DNA of 64,000 nucleotides, taken from NCBI GenBank assembly GCA_040954595.2, contig CM082586.2, forward strand, positions 1,119,024 to 1,183,023, written 5' to 3'. The notes beneath the pieces are model-generated. The model had not been told where the DNA came from. It was given only the letters and a program-made list of their open reading frames with translations, and searched no databases. The position numbers were made by a program, and so were the translations under genes. Of the stretch, positions 13,606 through 34,953 are shown one piece after another. Origin of the DNA: Balanoglossus misakiensis (lineage: Eukaryota > Animalia > Hemichordata). Position 1 is the first letter of the stretch; every line of letters starts with the position of its first letter.

Positions 13606-14773
13606 CTATGTGCTTGGTCGTAACGTTGTATTCGTTAGCATTGCTGGTAGATCTGTTTTGGAAGTTGTCACGGTCTGAAGCTCAGTTGCTTGTCCTGGGG
13701 TTGAGTCTAGGGTTGTCAAAGGATCAATAGTTCCATCGTTGCCTCCTGTTAACAGAAAATTCCAAAATAAAAAGTGGGCCTAATTCGTTTTCGCGATGGA
13801 CGAGCTGGTCCGCGTCATTTTTTTAAACCATTAATTGTATGTAGTTATCTCACCTTGATCATGTGTACCTGTCGTGTCATGACTTCCAACAGTTATAGCG
13901 GGATCGTCGTTACCATTGCCGTCATCGGTTATAGGAAATTCACCGTTGTCATGGCTACCAAACGGCTGCCTCCGATTTCCCACTGAAGAAACAAAGCAAG
14001 AAAGTGTTAACGTCGGCTACCCATGATGTACCACCGTATTCTTGGGCGAAGAGTGGTAATTACTTTAATTACTTTTACATACATAATTTTACTTCTTTGT
14101 TGTTATTGTTTTATTTTTAGCGATTCTAGCTTCAATTCTAAGGGCAGTAATTTGCACAACAAAGAAACAATTACAGTGTCACTTTTGCCAAACGCGTTAA
14201 AAAGAGATTTTTGAAAGTCCGTCACCACATGGCAAGACGCGATAATTACCGTGAGTAATATATGTACTTACAATGGAAGTCGAGTACAACACCAACTGCG
14301 CATGCGATGATAGCAAGAATAAGCAAAAGTCCAACCATGCAAAATATCATATTTCTTCTCCGCTGTCTATATCTGATGGCGGCTTCATCTCTTTTAATTT
14401 CTCCAACTGTTTCGAAACTGTCTATAGCCTCCCAATCGGGTGGGTATGGAATTTGTGCTTTATTGATGGTTTTGTTGATATTGTCCCCAAATTTCCATTT
14501 GGACAAGGAATATGATTCCTTTTTTGATCTGGAAATATTGTCTTTAAGTCGAAGCGACTGCTTTCCGAGGTTATTCATACATGACGTGTCTTCGGTGATA
14601 TTCGGCGGAGTTCTGATATTGTTCGTAGCTGCGATTTCACTGTTCGGCGGTGCCTGATTTTCTGCTGGCGTACTTTCATTCTGAATCAACGAATTATTGT
14701 CAGATGTTGTCTGTTGGGTGTCGTTCATTTGATCCACAGTCGGATTCTGATCCGGACTCGAACGGTCTCTCAT
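13606..14773 (-). CDS. Uncharacterised single-pass (type II-like) membrane protein, ~256 aa, 3 coding exons
   Basis: Exons 14773-14272, 13982-13854, 13745-13606 join in frame through GT/AG sites (771 nt, ends TAG). Polar N-terminus, basic RYRQRRR then TM segment MIFCMVGLLLILAIIACAVGVVL, then D/G/T-rich C-terminal tail. Acceptor at 14828 indicates an upstream, probably non-coding, exon. Confidence 0.75.
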
Positions 14774-15704
14774 TTTGTCTTCCTTTTTGTGATTTTCCTC
14801 GCTCGTTAGGACCACTTCAGTCTTGTCCTGCAGTTAAGAAGTAAAACATAATTAATTAATAAAACTTTGACATAATGAAAAGTGAACCAAGATTTGCACA
14901 ATCATGGTGACGGGACAAACGAATAAGAAGGAAGAAAATATAAGTATATTGTCCTTCAGTAATGTGGTAACTGCGCTTACAGAAAACGGTCATTATTAAT
15001 GATAAGCTTCGATGAACAATTACCTATTATGAATCGATTGGTGTGTGCGTGGACGGCTAACTGTGATAGCCTTCAATTGGCCTGTATAGTTGTCCCAGAT
15101 AAGTCACAATAATATCATAAAGACTTTACCTCCAAACACTTTTTAGTTTATCGAAGAAAAGTAAGATTCCTAGGCGTGTACGTCGAGTCACTGTTGAGAT
15201 GGCTTACTAGCTTAGTTTGAAGACAGGTCGTTCTGAATAACAGTCGTTTTCCAGTTTCGATTGAGATCTCTGAGAACAGAAAGGAGCGCTGCCCACGATT
15301 GCCGATGACTCGCGAATGGGTATGGGACCCGGTTGCACGGCTCACAAAGAGACCAACCGTATCAATAGAAAGTAAGGATCAACAGGTCAACATAAGGTGA
15401 CCCGTCACCAGCCAAATATGGGAGGAAGCGATTTACACCTGCTTATTGGTATGCAAATTGTTTTGTGACGTGTTACCGTCTATAAAAAGTGTCGCTCTCA
15501 GTCCCCTACTTTTCACGAACTATGGATTGTCACGGAGGCCATGATATTGTTCTTGTTTTCACAAAGATTTTATTTCGTGCACAAAGGTTTCAATAACACG
15601 CCCCACATTCTCTATTCTTAGGTATTTTTTCCGGTTTTCTTCAAATGTCCAGGTCGTTTCGTCCCATATTCTTTCGCTGTGACTGTCCAGAAATCCTGAC
15701 TATG

Positions 15705-15822
15705 TTTGTCCGTCCCTCCGACAGTTCATTCATTCATTCATTCATTCATTCATCCGTCTGTCCATCCATCCATCCATCTGTCTGTCTGTCCATCTGTCTG
15801 TCTGTCCGCCCCTCCGTCCGTC
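15705..15822. repeat. Compound tetranucleotide microsatellite (TTCA)n/(TCCA)n/(TCTG)n
   Basis: Directly visible; explains the spurious IHSF/IHPS/VCLS ORFs. Confidence 0.9.
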
Positions 15823-18212
15823 ATTCAATGGTATCATATGAAAGGCTGCGCGTATTGGCATGCAACAGGTGGTTACCGTGTATGCCGTATTGGTGGTCAG
15901 AACATCTTGGAAGTATGAATGCCAATAAGCTTTTTTTGGCACTCCTGTCCCCGAAATATCGTCCATAGACGCGAGGAATCCAGGGACTGTCAATCTAAAC
16001 CACTTTCAAAATGACATTCAAAATGACACACGCAAGTCATATTTGAAATTATCATTGTATCTATCATTATGTAGCAGCCGGCGTTGTCAAATTTTATGCA
16101 TCGAAAAATGTATTTGTGAATGTCGTTGTTGATTATTGACGCAAGCAAAGCGACCTCGACGAACCATACGGTACACGCGAGTTAAACAACCCTTACTCAT
16201 ATATCGTTATGAATATTTGGTATGACGTGCTTTGTTGAAGTCAACACTACATGTATTTTCAGAAGAAATAAACGTAAAAATAACTCATACAAGGACGGGC
16301 TAGTACGATCGTGGCCTATATTAAGGTTTTAAAAGTTCAACCCCGGGCTTAATTATAATGCAGATAATTGTACTAGTATAAAATATCTCTGCCGTAAGCA
16401 CATATTCATAATGGCGCCTGGCCATTTATAAATACACCACCATAATGTACTGGAACTCATTGCTAATTTGCAGCAATGCAGTAAAGCGTGTAAGCTTATC
16501 AAGGAACACAAACGAATGCCGTTAACTATTTGTGGGGGTCAATATATTAAAAAGAAATCTCATCACCAGGGTTGATTGGATGTCGACTAAAAGCACTTAT
16601 TTGGCGTGTAATTGAGTGAAGTGCCTTAGAAGCTTGCTTTCAAGGCGAGTTGACAGATTCTTTTGACAGCGAAAGGATAGATTACTAAGTACAGAGCGTT
16701 GACTGCAAGTATGTCGTTCTTATTGTGCCTCTGTTCACGCACAGAAAGACATGAAAAACGTAAAATTGCGTGACAATAGTTTTTATAGATTTTACAAAAA
16801 CAATATTATTTGATTAACAACACTAACACATGCGGCGAAAGTTGGTTCTGTAATATTAACAGACACTGGCAGAAAACGTTGTGAGTCGATGACGAGAGTT
16901 TATATTGTGTCCAATATCGATTTCTTTTTTTAGTTTGAATCACCGCTTTGCACTTGGGCGTACCTCAAACTGCCACAGACATGATTCATCGGCCACACAA
17001 TCATCATTCTCTGTATCTCTTTCATGTCGTGTCACGCCCGTCACAACTGAAAATCCCCACCAACAGCATATTCTCTGGCACACTATTGGGCATAGCGTCA
17101 AAATGCACATGATTCCAGCTGCAGTGGGATTTTATAATCTTTAAGCGCTGTAGTACAATTCATCATTGTTGATAAACCGCTTTGCGGACAATATCCAAAG
17201 TCAGAATTAAATAACACAAACAATAGCAGTCAGGCTGTGCGTTTTGTGTACCGAATACAAATGGGGAGACGATGGTTCCTATGTACACAGTTAAATTTCG
17301 CTCATCGCAATGCAGAGCAGTTCAGTGATATCGAATTTGGTTCTCTTTGGAAAATGTAATACCACAGGCCAATCCTTATAATTACCCGGGGAGAATAATT
17401 CAAAAAAAGCTTTGTTTCTGCATTTAAATGTCCATTATTAAAGTGTGATATCGTGGTTTCGGTGTAGCTGACAACCGACAGGTATGCAAATTAAATTCGC
17501 ACAAGGTAAAGAGCTGGCAGAAATGTGTGTACGTATATACTCACCGAATTCTCATTTGTAATTCCATCCATGTACCTCGAACAAATGAATGCTTGTATTG
17601 AAACGGTAGCCTTACTGACCTGCGTTGCGGTCGATATGGTGTCACTGTGTATTTTTTAAAAAGTGAAAGTGATTTGCATGACAATGTATTTGCGTGTCGC
17701 GTACACATACGGTATCGCTTTACCAGGGTTGCCAGTGGTGAATGCCGGCTGCGCATGTGTTGATCCGTACACTATCTACCAGCATCATTAACTGTTCACA
17801 TAATCCTAGTATTTATGATATCAAACATGGCCTGGCCTATACTGCAGGTCCTCTGTGTAGAAACATATGTCACTCAAAAATTCTGAGTCAGAGAAGTACT
17901 TGGTATAGGTCTACAGGTGTGCTCAAAAACTGGGTTTACAAATATTTTTGTGTCTGCTTTCGGCAAAATTCTTCTGCGTCCCTTCTCAATGGATTATGGT
18001 TATTTTAAGAATTATTCAGATGTATGCAGTTTGGCACTAATATCAATTTTCCAGACATGTTTATGTGTGCGAAATTTCTTTGGTAAAGCGGTTCATGCTG
18101 ACGCCCTCAACGTACTTCAAACAGTTGCTTTCGGAAAGGTCTACCACAGAATGAGAACTGATAACTCTCGTAAACGTCGAGAATTCGTTGCGAGATGACG
18201 TCCCAAGCAAAG

Positions 18213-25882
<7,670 letters not shown>

Positions 25883-26379
25883 TTTTTGAGCCTGCCACCC
25901 CTATTAAAAATGGTGTGCGCCGGTAAACCTCTGAGTATTCAGATAGTATTCAGAGAGATTTCTGCCCAGGCCCCCCTGACATGTCTAGTGTACATTTACA
26001 TCTGGTCTTTTATTCATTTTTTGTCTTGATATGATGATTGATAGGTTCCCAGAAAATGTTCACTATAAAAATCATGATCTTGTTAGAAGAAAACTTAGAA
26101 GCGTTTTTTGACTGTGCGGGTTATTCCAAAGCCCATTTCAGACATCTACTGATTATTTCCTTTGCTTCGTATTAAAAAAACAGATCAAACACACATCATT
26201 CTTGTAAATTTTTATTTTCAGACTGACGCATGCAGACATCCAAGGCACCACATGTACATATGAGCACACACGCTACTTGCACACAATTCGAGTTTGGGTT
26301 AGATTTTATTTTTTTCTGCAAATCCTGTCCATAAATGCGGACATCTGAGATGCCACTATTTTCTAGTTTCCTTCACTGC

Positions 26380-29300
26380 TCAGCTATAGATGATGCCTCC
26401 TGTGAGAAAGAAAAACAGCCCCGCATTAACAGAGGACCGTACGTGGATTTTAATACGTAAGCTTATTTTCCTTCCTTCATTTGGTATCTCATAACTAGAC
26501 GTGCAAAATAATATCCCTTCCCCAGTACGGTCAGCCAACATACTGAAAGATCCCCTCCATTTTACTATGCAAGTAATATCAAAGACTGCCTTAATCAATA
26601 TCGTGAGTGCTCTAAATTTAAAAGTTCCTGTAGACCCTCGTGTACGTACCGGCCTCCACATCTGTACTCCCACAAACAGAACACGATCAGGATGAGCGCC
26701 ACCAACGCCAATACGCCAGAGAAAAACGACTGTGCGCTGCTGAAACCAATTGCGCTTGCTAGTGGGCTGCTTATCGTGGGCCCAAGGAAATTACTGAAAG
26801 TGGAAATGATGCTATGTTTATTTGGGTCGTTGTGGCGATGAGTGTATGTTGGGTTGTTGGACTGCTGTCATAATGAAGTGGTGTAAAATCCTACAAATAC
26901 TGATTGTACAGTTGTGGGCAATAATTTATGTATACGAAACATTCAACAGTCGTCGTCGCTGTTGTTGTAATAGCACTAGATTTGATCTGTCGTGATCCAT
27001 ATAAGTAACCCAACGGACAGAGTGTCTCAGTGACAATACACGCAATTGAATTACCCTAACGAGATAAATCCAACGAAGATACCAGATACGATCCCGTAGG
27101 TACCCACGTCATCTTCCATTCCGTAAAACCTAATGAGTATTGAAAAAAACGTAGCTATGCTGGTCTGTTTAATAATAGCAGGTTTCTGTGATTAGATAGG
27201 TCTAAGTCCCCCCAAAATACAAGACACGAAACTGTCCACAAATCAAGTTGGTTGTCTTACCTTACAGTTGACAACGCTTCGGTGAATGCAGGTACTACAG
27301 TCATTGCAAATGATATTCCTATAAGCATAAGTGCCAGTGCTGCCAGTAATATAGTGCTTTAACAAACAAACATAAACAAAAATAAACGTTAGTACAATAC
27401 ACTACGCCTTGAAACCTCAAATACGTTTAATGGCACAAAAGGTACAAGATAAATTATGCACCCATTTTAGTTTCTCACAAAGCATGACTTGGATCACGGA
27501 CAGTCTATTATTGGATGAACGGAAAGTCCTCTTTTCCATCTTACCTTTCCATTCCAAGAAATGGAGAAGGTCCAAGGTACAGATAACCAGCCACACCCAC
27601 TATGTTACCAACTATCATGATCAGTTTCGGAATATCCTGAACAAAATACACGATTCGGAATTATCCTCATTGTGCTGCATTAGGCGCATATACATCACCA
27701 GAAATGTTAAAAACCGCTTGTGTAGAAACATAGACAGACACCCTGAGCCATAAGCTTGTTTTGCATTGTGAAAACCAAATTGTTTTATATATATCCTCAA
27801 ACTATGGTTTGGCTTACATATCTATCAGTTAACCATCCAACACAGAGAGAAGACAAGGTGTAAGTGCCGAACGGAATCAGAAATATCCCACCGACTTCGG
27901 TTGGACTCAAGTCAAACTATGGAAATGAAATAAAAATAGCAAGAGTTATTCTCATCCCCACGGTCGTCACCATGTTCAGTAGTGAAAATATTACTTAATG
28001 TCTGTGCGACAAAATTGAGTGGTATACCCTCAAAGCAGAATGTTTATTGTCACTGTTATGAACCATATCTCTCGAACAGTTTTCCGACCGCGGGAAGACT
28101 CTCGGTTCACTTTCGGAAGAGAACTTCGGAAATAGGTTGATTCAATGTTTGTGAATATTAATTATGGAGCATGCGCACTAGACGATCATTTCGCTTTAAT
28201 AAAACGTTCCTTACCTGAGAGAGGTGACGCGACAAAGTAGATTCAAGGTTACTGAAACACATGAAGGTGGTTAAAACACACAGAGAAGTCACGATCATTG
28301 GTGGCATCTTCAAAACTTGAATCAATGACCCTGATTTATTTAGTTCATTGCCTGTAACAAGAGCAGGAACATTTCGTAATAATCGAGCATAGTGAATAAC
28401 ATGAGAACAATTTAATACACTATAAAATGATATAGTGTATAGTTATGTTACAGTGAACTAATGAAGTAATACAAAAGGCGCAAAATCTGTAATATATCAT
28501 TAAGTTTCGGTTTTCATTCAACTCAACTCAGTATACACTAATAAGGTCAGGCAAAGTATTAATATCACACGTATAGAAAATGACTTGTGATCATTGCCCT
28601 TTGAACTCTCAGAAAGCATAAAAATATCAAATCGTTATACTGTCAGTAGAAAGAAAAGGGGAACATTCTTTAGCAATTAGTGACAAAAAAGATCATCTTG
28701 CCTTTGTGATCGGGAATGACGAAGAAATTGATAATGACAACAACAATACCACAGATACCCAATACCGCAAATGGTAATGGATACCCACCGACCTTTAAAG
28801 GAAGACAATGCATTTGAATCGCATCAAAATTAAACATAACATATACGAAGTTTGGTTCTTGCAATGGTTGATATTACATTATTCTTTGTCTTGCAAAATC
28901 CGTTATAACAAGAAATAACTTTTCTTATATTATGAGCGTCAAGACAGACTGAAAAGGGGCGAGTTGACACACTAAATACTGTTGTCACGGTAACTGATTG
29001 CAAGACCAGTGTTGGCCTCCACCTACCTCGTAAAGTGCGCCACCTACAGGTGGTCCTATCATGAAACCCAAGCCAGAGGCAATTTCAGCAACAGCCTACA
29101 GAGTGAAATGAAACGCTTATAAAGTCTCATATTTATTAAATATGGCAGAAATCTGCCATACTGAAATTCTGAAGACTGAATGCAATATTTTTCGCTCACT
29201 AAGGCCGCAAACCCCTATTTAAGGTAGCGTACTTACAGTTGCCTTGCTGACACTTTGTGTGAACGTACTGCTGATGATGGTAAATGCTCCTGTTGAAGCA

Positions 29301-30487
29301 GACGCGGCACCCGCACCTTCCACAATACGAGTAGCAAAACACAAAGCGACAAAAATGAGCCCGCTCTCCAGATGAGTCAGAAAACTGCCGAAGAGAGTAA
29401 TGATGAAAAAAGTACAGTAGGCACGTTTTTTAGCAAGACATCTGTCGACCAACATCAATGTAATTGAAATGTTCTATATAAACCGTACCGCGGGCTGAAC
29501 TCGGACAGACAAATAATAAATATCATTCTGCGGATATTTCCACCGACGACCAATAATTTATAGCGCCTTTATGACCCGAACACGTGGCCTCGTAATTTTT
29601 CGAGTGACCATATTGACTTCTATTTCGAGTAGTCTAATTGTAAAAGTCGGGAATAGCCAATAGACTGTTCAATTGCGAATTGAATAGTGACAGGTCCTTT
29701 CCTTAGTACTGAAACAACAAACAAACAAGTATATGTGAACTTACCCAAATGCAATAGATGTACAACCGCTTATAAATGACCCAGCCAAGAATAGGGTTTT
29801 TGCTCCAAAAATGGGCACCTACGAAATTCAACGATATAAACAGAGCGCACATGCGTAGTATGGCCGAACGTGTCTGTCAATACAATGATGATGATGGTGA
29901 TGATGATGATGATGATGATGATCTTACTTACCATTCTTCCGGCGATTGGAGAGAATATAAACATTGCGATGGAAAAACAACCAAATATGAAGCCAACCTG
30001 AGTTGGACTGGCGCCCATTTTTGCTGCCTGTATAGGGAACGAAACAAACCAAAACACAAATGCGTACACTATATATTACTAGTATCTATGTTACTAAATA
30101 CTGTTGAAAAAGATGTCGTTGTCGAAGTCAAGTTTGCGTCGGACTTTGCTTTTACCGCCGAAACTAAAATATCTTCGTTGTGTCATGGCTACAGTTGTTT
30201 TGGATGAAGTCGAGCGAATAGTAATATCTTCTATTTCGCGGGCCAACCTCAGCTGAACGTACATTTCCCTGTACATGTATCACACTTTTTATTTATATTC
30301 GCAATCGCCAAATCGGTAAAACGTCACTGCACGAACTGACCTCAATTGGGAAGAAAGGCGCAATCAAGCTGTAGGATAGAAAATGCACACATTCGGCCAG
30401 ACACACGCCGGCAAGAACCAAATAGTCCCTTTTCGTGTAGTTGTCCCGGCATTTCTCTTTAGTATCGAGAACCTCTGAGGTTTCCAT
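26380..30487 (-). CDS. SLC18B1: MFS-type transporter SLC18B1-like, paralog A (terminal exon uncertain)
   Basis: Exons: 30487-30341 (YSLIAPFFPIE), ~30027-29931 (AAKMGASPTQVGFIFG), ~29818-29745, ~29383-29236 (CFATRIVEGAG), ~29095-29027 (GLGFMIGPPVGGALYE), ~28791-28700 (VGGYPLPF), ~28351-28215, ~27916-27818 (GWLTDRY), ~27637-27544 (LGPSPFL), ~27356-27261, ~27129-27054, ~26793-26650 (NFLGPT..WEYRCGG); the final exon has two candidate acceptors. Confidence 0.88.
29885..29922. repeat. (GAT)n microsatellite in intron
   Basis: atgatgatgatggtgatgatgatgat... Confidence 0.9.
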
Positions 30488-30800
30488 GGGCCCTATCCCC
30501 AACTGATATTATTCTGAAACTGGCAGACAGACCGCGACAGCGCTGCTTTCATTTTTTAAATGGCGCATCACAACTCAATGAATGCATGTATGTAAAACAG
30601 AAAATATCACTGACAAAACTGGCACTTATTTATAGCTTCAACGAAAATGATATTGATAATAGAATAATAGAACCAGTCGAAAAAATAATAGAATTTACCC
30701 CTTTTATATAGACCATTTTTTTAATATACCACGGCCACAATTATCCGGTGTGTGTACAAATTTGGTTTACCCGATGGAACATGTGTAATCTCCTAGACCT

Positions 30801-30846
30801 TAAAGATACAGTTACCATGGTGAATTGAGATCTAGCCAATAATCAC
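30801..30846 (-). mobile_element. Fragment of the TTAA-MITE family, reverse orientation
   Basis: tacagttaccatggtgaattgagatctagccaat is near reverse complement of attggctagatctctatttgccatggtaactgta at ~40391-40424. Confidence 0.7.
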
Positions 30847-31217
30847 ACAGGACTACACACAAATCTTTATTGATCATGTTGAAGATTCGCTATAATTCAG
30901 TTTACACCTGGCATGACATAGCACACAAATAACCAAATGTCGACTGCGTTTTCATCGTAGAATAGTCTGAGAAATGACAAAATATGTAAATCAAATATCT
31001 GTTTGGCACCGTTGTACTGAGTTCTCACACGCAGTTCATCGATCAGTTGCTATGATCGCTTACTGCGCCTCGATGTAAGGGTGCCCCGGTGTGCCTTTAG
31101 GGTCCCAGACATTGTGGGAGCGCCCGCACAGGACTGAATCTATGCGCCTCGATTGCTCAGAAAGTTTTGTCTTTGTCGTCTGTAAATATCAATTCATGGA
31201 AAAGGTTCGTGTTCACT

Positions 31218-34200
31218 TTATTTCAGCAGCGGTCTTTTCTCGGGGTCGTATCCGTTCTGAATACTGGTGTTGTCCGGCTTCCGTAGTAAGATTATCGGTG
31301 GTTCACGTCGCCTGTGAAAGAAAATAGAGTTATAATTATGTAATGGCAAATATGGACCAAATTTTAAGAGACAATAATCGCAAACGAGGCTGGATTCCCG
31401 GGGGGGGGGGCTACTGTCAAATGGCAAACTTACTGTCCACCGCAGCGGTATTCCCACAGACAGAACAAGGTCAGAAAAGACGCCATCACAGCAAACATGG
31501 CGGACAACAGAGTTGCGGTTTTCTCAAAGCCGATGTCACTGGCCAGTGCACTTCCAAGTGTCGGACCGAGAAAATTACTGGAAAAAAAAACCGGACAGTG
31601 TATATTAAAACCGAGTCAGCCCTAAATTTAACTGTATTGGCAGAACCAAGAGATTAACAATCATTATATAACATATTCAAAATTGCGTTGTTCAAAGATT
31701 CGTCCAAATCTTTCAGTTTCACGCTGCTAAGACATGATTTCTCATGACTATTCAACCGACCAGTTGCCGGGAAATGAATGTAAAGCCTTACCCTAATGAA
31801 AACAGTCCTGAAAAGAGACCGGATATGATGCCATAGGTGCCAATATTTTCCTCCATTCCGTACCACCTGTTGTGTGTTTGAAATGAAATGAAATCATTAA
31901 CGGAAATTTTCACACAATTAACATGTCATGTTCATATTTCCACCTGCAGATTCTCTTCGAACAACAACCGCCGAATGCCTATATGACGTAATGCAATTTA
32001 ACGATGCATATATATACGGTCACTCCACGGTGCCTATGAAGTGAGCGACAAGCAGTATGCCTCCGCGGTAAACCAAGGTACGGCAGTTCTGCGACAACAG
32101 CGGTGGCCATGCATTTGGATACTAGTACTTTCTGGTTGGAGAAGGCGTCATTTTTGGCCATTCGACACAGTCAAGTGACTCAACTACCGGTAAGTACTTT
32201 CTTATTCAACGAATATGGGTTAGTCCGAGCATAGATACCGGACGAATGGTGGGAATTACCTTGCCGAGGAAACCATCTCATTGAACGTCGGCAAAACTGA
32301 CGCGGCCAGCGATAGCCCCAGTAACACTAACGATACCGATACCACGTATAAGGAACTGGAAAGAAAAACGCATTTATTTTCGACAATCAGTTGACCGTTT
32401 GTACGCATGATCGCCTGACAACATAATCGATGTCATTTACCGCTGAAAAATGTCAAATCACAAGTCATTCGATATGCCTCGTGTTCTGCTTTCCCTGAAG
32501 CCAAAATAGAGCGATAATGCCTTCACATCTGTCACACCAAAAATCGCCCATTAAATAATAAATAAATAAACTACCTTTCCATGTTCAAAAGTGGGGATGG
32601 ACCGACGTACAGATATCCTCCTACACTGGCTATGTTGCCGATGATCATCAATAGTTTGGGAATGTCCTAAAAAAACAGAGATTTACAAATCACGCAGTGG
32701 GTAAAATTTTGTGGGTAAGATCGATAGGTTTGTCAGTAGCATAACGAATCGTCCAAGCCCAAAATCACCACGCATGTTGAAAAGAGTGGACGTTCTGTTA
32801 ATTCCATTGTTTATTTGACAAAACTTCAAACTCAGTGGGAGGTATACTTACATATTTATCAGTCAACCATCCCCAAAAGAAAGCTGATATCGCGTATGCC
32901 GAGGAATTGGCCAGAAACATCAGGCCAATCTGAGTTGAGTTTAAATTGAACTGGCGAGATAAAAGTTGAAAAATACATACATGTATTTAGTAACTTCACA
33001 TCTTACCAATTAATTTGATGTGAATAAATTACGATCACAGTGAACAGGCCACTGTGGAGCTGAGTCTGCTCACCTGAGAAAGATGATCGGCGAGGGTTGG
33101 GTCCAGAAAGCCAATACCCATGAAGCCAAGAAGTACACACGCGGACGTCATAATGACAGACGGTATCTTCAAAAGTTGAATCAGTGAACCAGACGTTTTC
33201 GTGTCGTCTGCAAAAAAAAGATCCGTAGAACTTCAACTCTTGCGGGTAATCGTTGCGATATACACAGTCTACTTTAAAAAGTACTCAATTTAAACAAATG
33301 TACGAGCAAAATGCATCCATAACTGATGCATCTATACCTACCTTTGTATTCGGGAACGATGAAATAATTGATTATTACAATCCCAATGCACACCGATCCC
33401 CACACTATGAACGGCAGCGAATAACCGCCAACCTAATAGACCGAGAAAAGAAAAACACAATGAAGAAAACAGATCACTATCAATACACTTGTAGCATGTG
33501 ATTATGTATGCCAGTTGTGAATTAGTAGTACGATTACGAGGATGAGAATTAAACCTACCTGGAATAGCGCGCCGCCTACCGGTGGACCTATCATGAAACC
33601 CAGGCCGCAAAATATTTCAGCAGCTCCCTGTTTTGAAGAAAAAATAAAACTTATTACGTTTTGTCAAATTGCATTTGCTAGTTCTATAAGTCATCTTTCA
33701 ACCTTGAATAACAACACCCCGACGAGCTCTTTGGTTGGGGGTCTGCATCCCATCTGACTGAGATCCTATCTACTTCAAAACAGGGCTCTTAGAATTTTTG
33801 ACCCGTTAGGAAATCATTGTTTTGTTCAGACTGTACATCTCCGTCGAACCAAGGGGTCAGTCAAAAGTACTTACAAAAGCTGTGGCAATGTTATGTCTGA
33901 AGGTGGAGGCAATAATGGAATACGCTCCCGTCGAACTGGCCGCCGCTCCGATCGCCTCCAAGATGCGAGTAAGAAAACAAAAAGTCACAAACATAGTTCC
34001 TGCTGGCAATTTATCCAGAAAACTGAAAAGAAAATATAAAAAAATACGTCGCGTTTAAACAAGCCATGCAAATTGTGTATGACTATGCTTCAATTGCTAA
34101 ATGACCCACCCAAGACACTTTGACATTAAAAGTTGACTCACCCGAATATTATGCAGGTACATCCTCCGGTAAAAGAACCGGCCAGGAATAAAAATTTTGC

Positions 34201-34953
34201 CCCAACAATAGGTACCTAATATGGAAGAAAAACAGAATATTTAAACGAAAGAAATAGAGCAATTTCGATAACAATCGATCAAAATCTGATTGGCCTTTCC
34301 CCCTCTCTGACGACTTCACCCCTGTCTGTCCGTCCGTCTGCCAGTCTGTCTCTTCGTCCGTCTGTCTCTCCGCGTGTCCATCAACGATTTTATATCTACA
34401 CCTACCAGTTTTCCAAAGATTGGAGAAAATATAAACATAGTCAGGGAATAAGATCCAAATATCAGACCAACTTCAGTCGGAGTAGCTCCCATTTTTGCCG
34501 CCTGGAAAAAAATACACCAAAGGCTATTTATTATTGAATAAGTCATGTTTGTGGAAAAAGCATCAAACAGGAATTACACAATGACAGTAATATCAATCAT
34601 TATAACGACCAATAAACATACAGCCACGCCCCCCCCCCCCCATACAGTAGAGGAAAGCCTGAATGTGTGATCTAACGAAACTGGCGAACGCTTACCTGTG
34701 TTGGGAAAAAAGGCGCTAATACACTGTACATTAGAAAGTCAGCTAAGTTGGCCAAACACATACTCAACAGAATTAGATACTCTCTCTTCGTGTAAGGGCG
34801 TTTCTCTTCTGAACTTTCACCCTTGGAGTCGTGCTTTTCGTGCCAATCCTGCGACTGTCCCAGACTTGCCGACAATGACGCCGATGTCAAGTATGAGACG
34901 TCATAGCTCGATAGAGAGACGCGCGTCGATGACCGTCTTATTCGGCCTTCCAT
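31218..34953 (-). CDS. SLC18B1: MFS-type transporter SLC18B1-like, paralog B, 13 coding exons
   Basis: Exons 34953-34696 (MYSVLAPFFPTQ), ~34501-34406, ~34215-34142, ~34022-33875 (CFLTRILEAIG), ~33627-33559 (GLGFMIGPPVGGALFQ), ~33431-33341, ~33207-33074 (GFLDPTL), ~32950-32852 (WGWLTDKY), ~32666-32575, ~32356-32261, ~31866-31792, ~31577-31434, 31311-31218 (..DPEKRPLLK*). Intron positions match paralog A. Confidence 0.92.
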
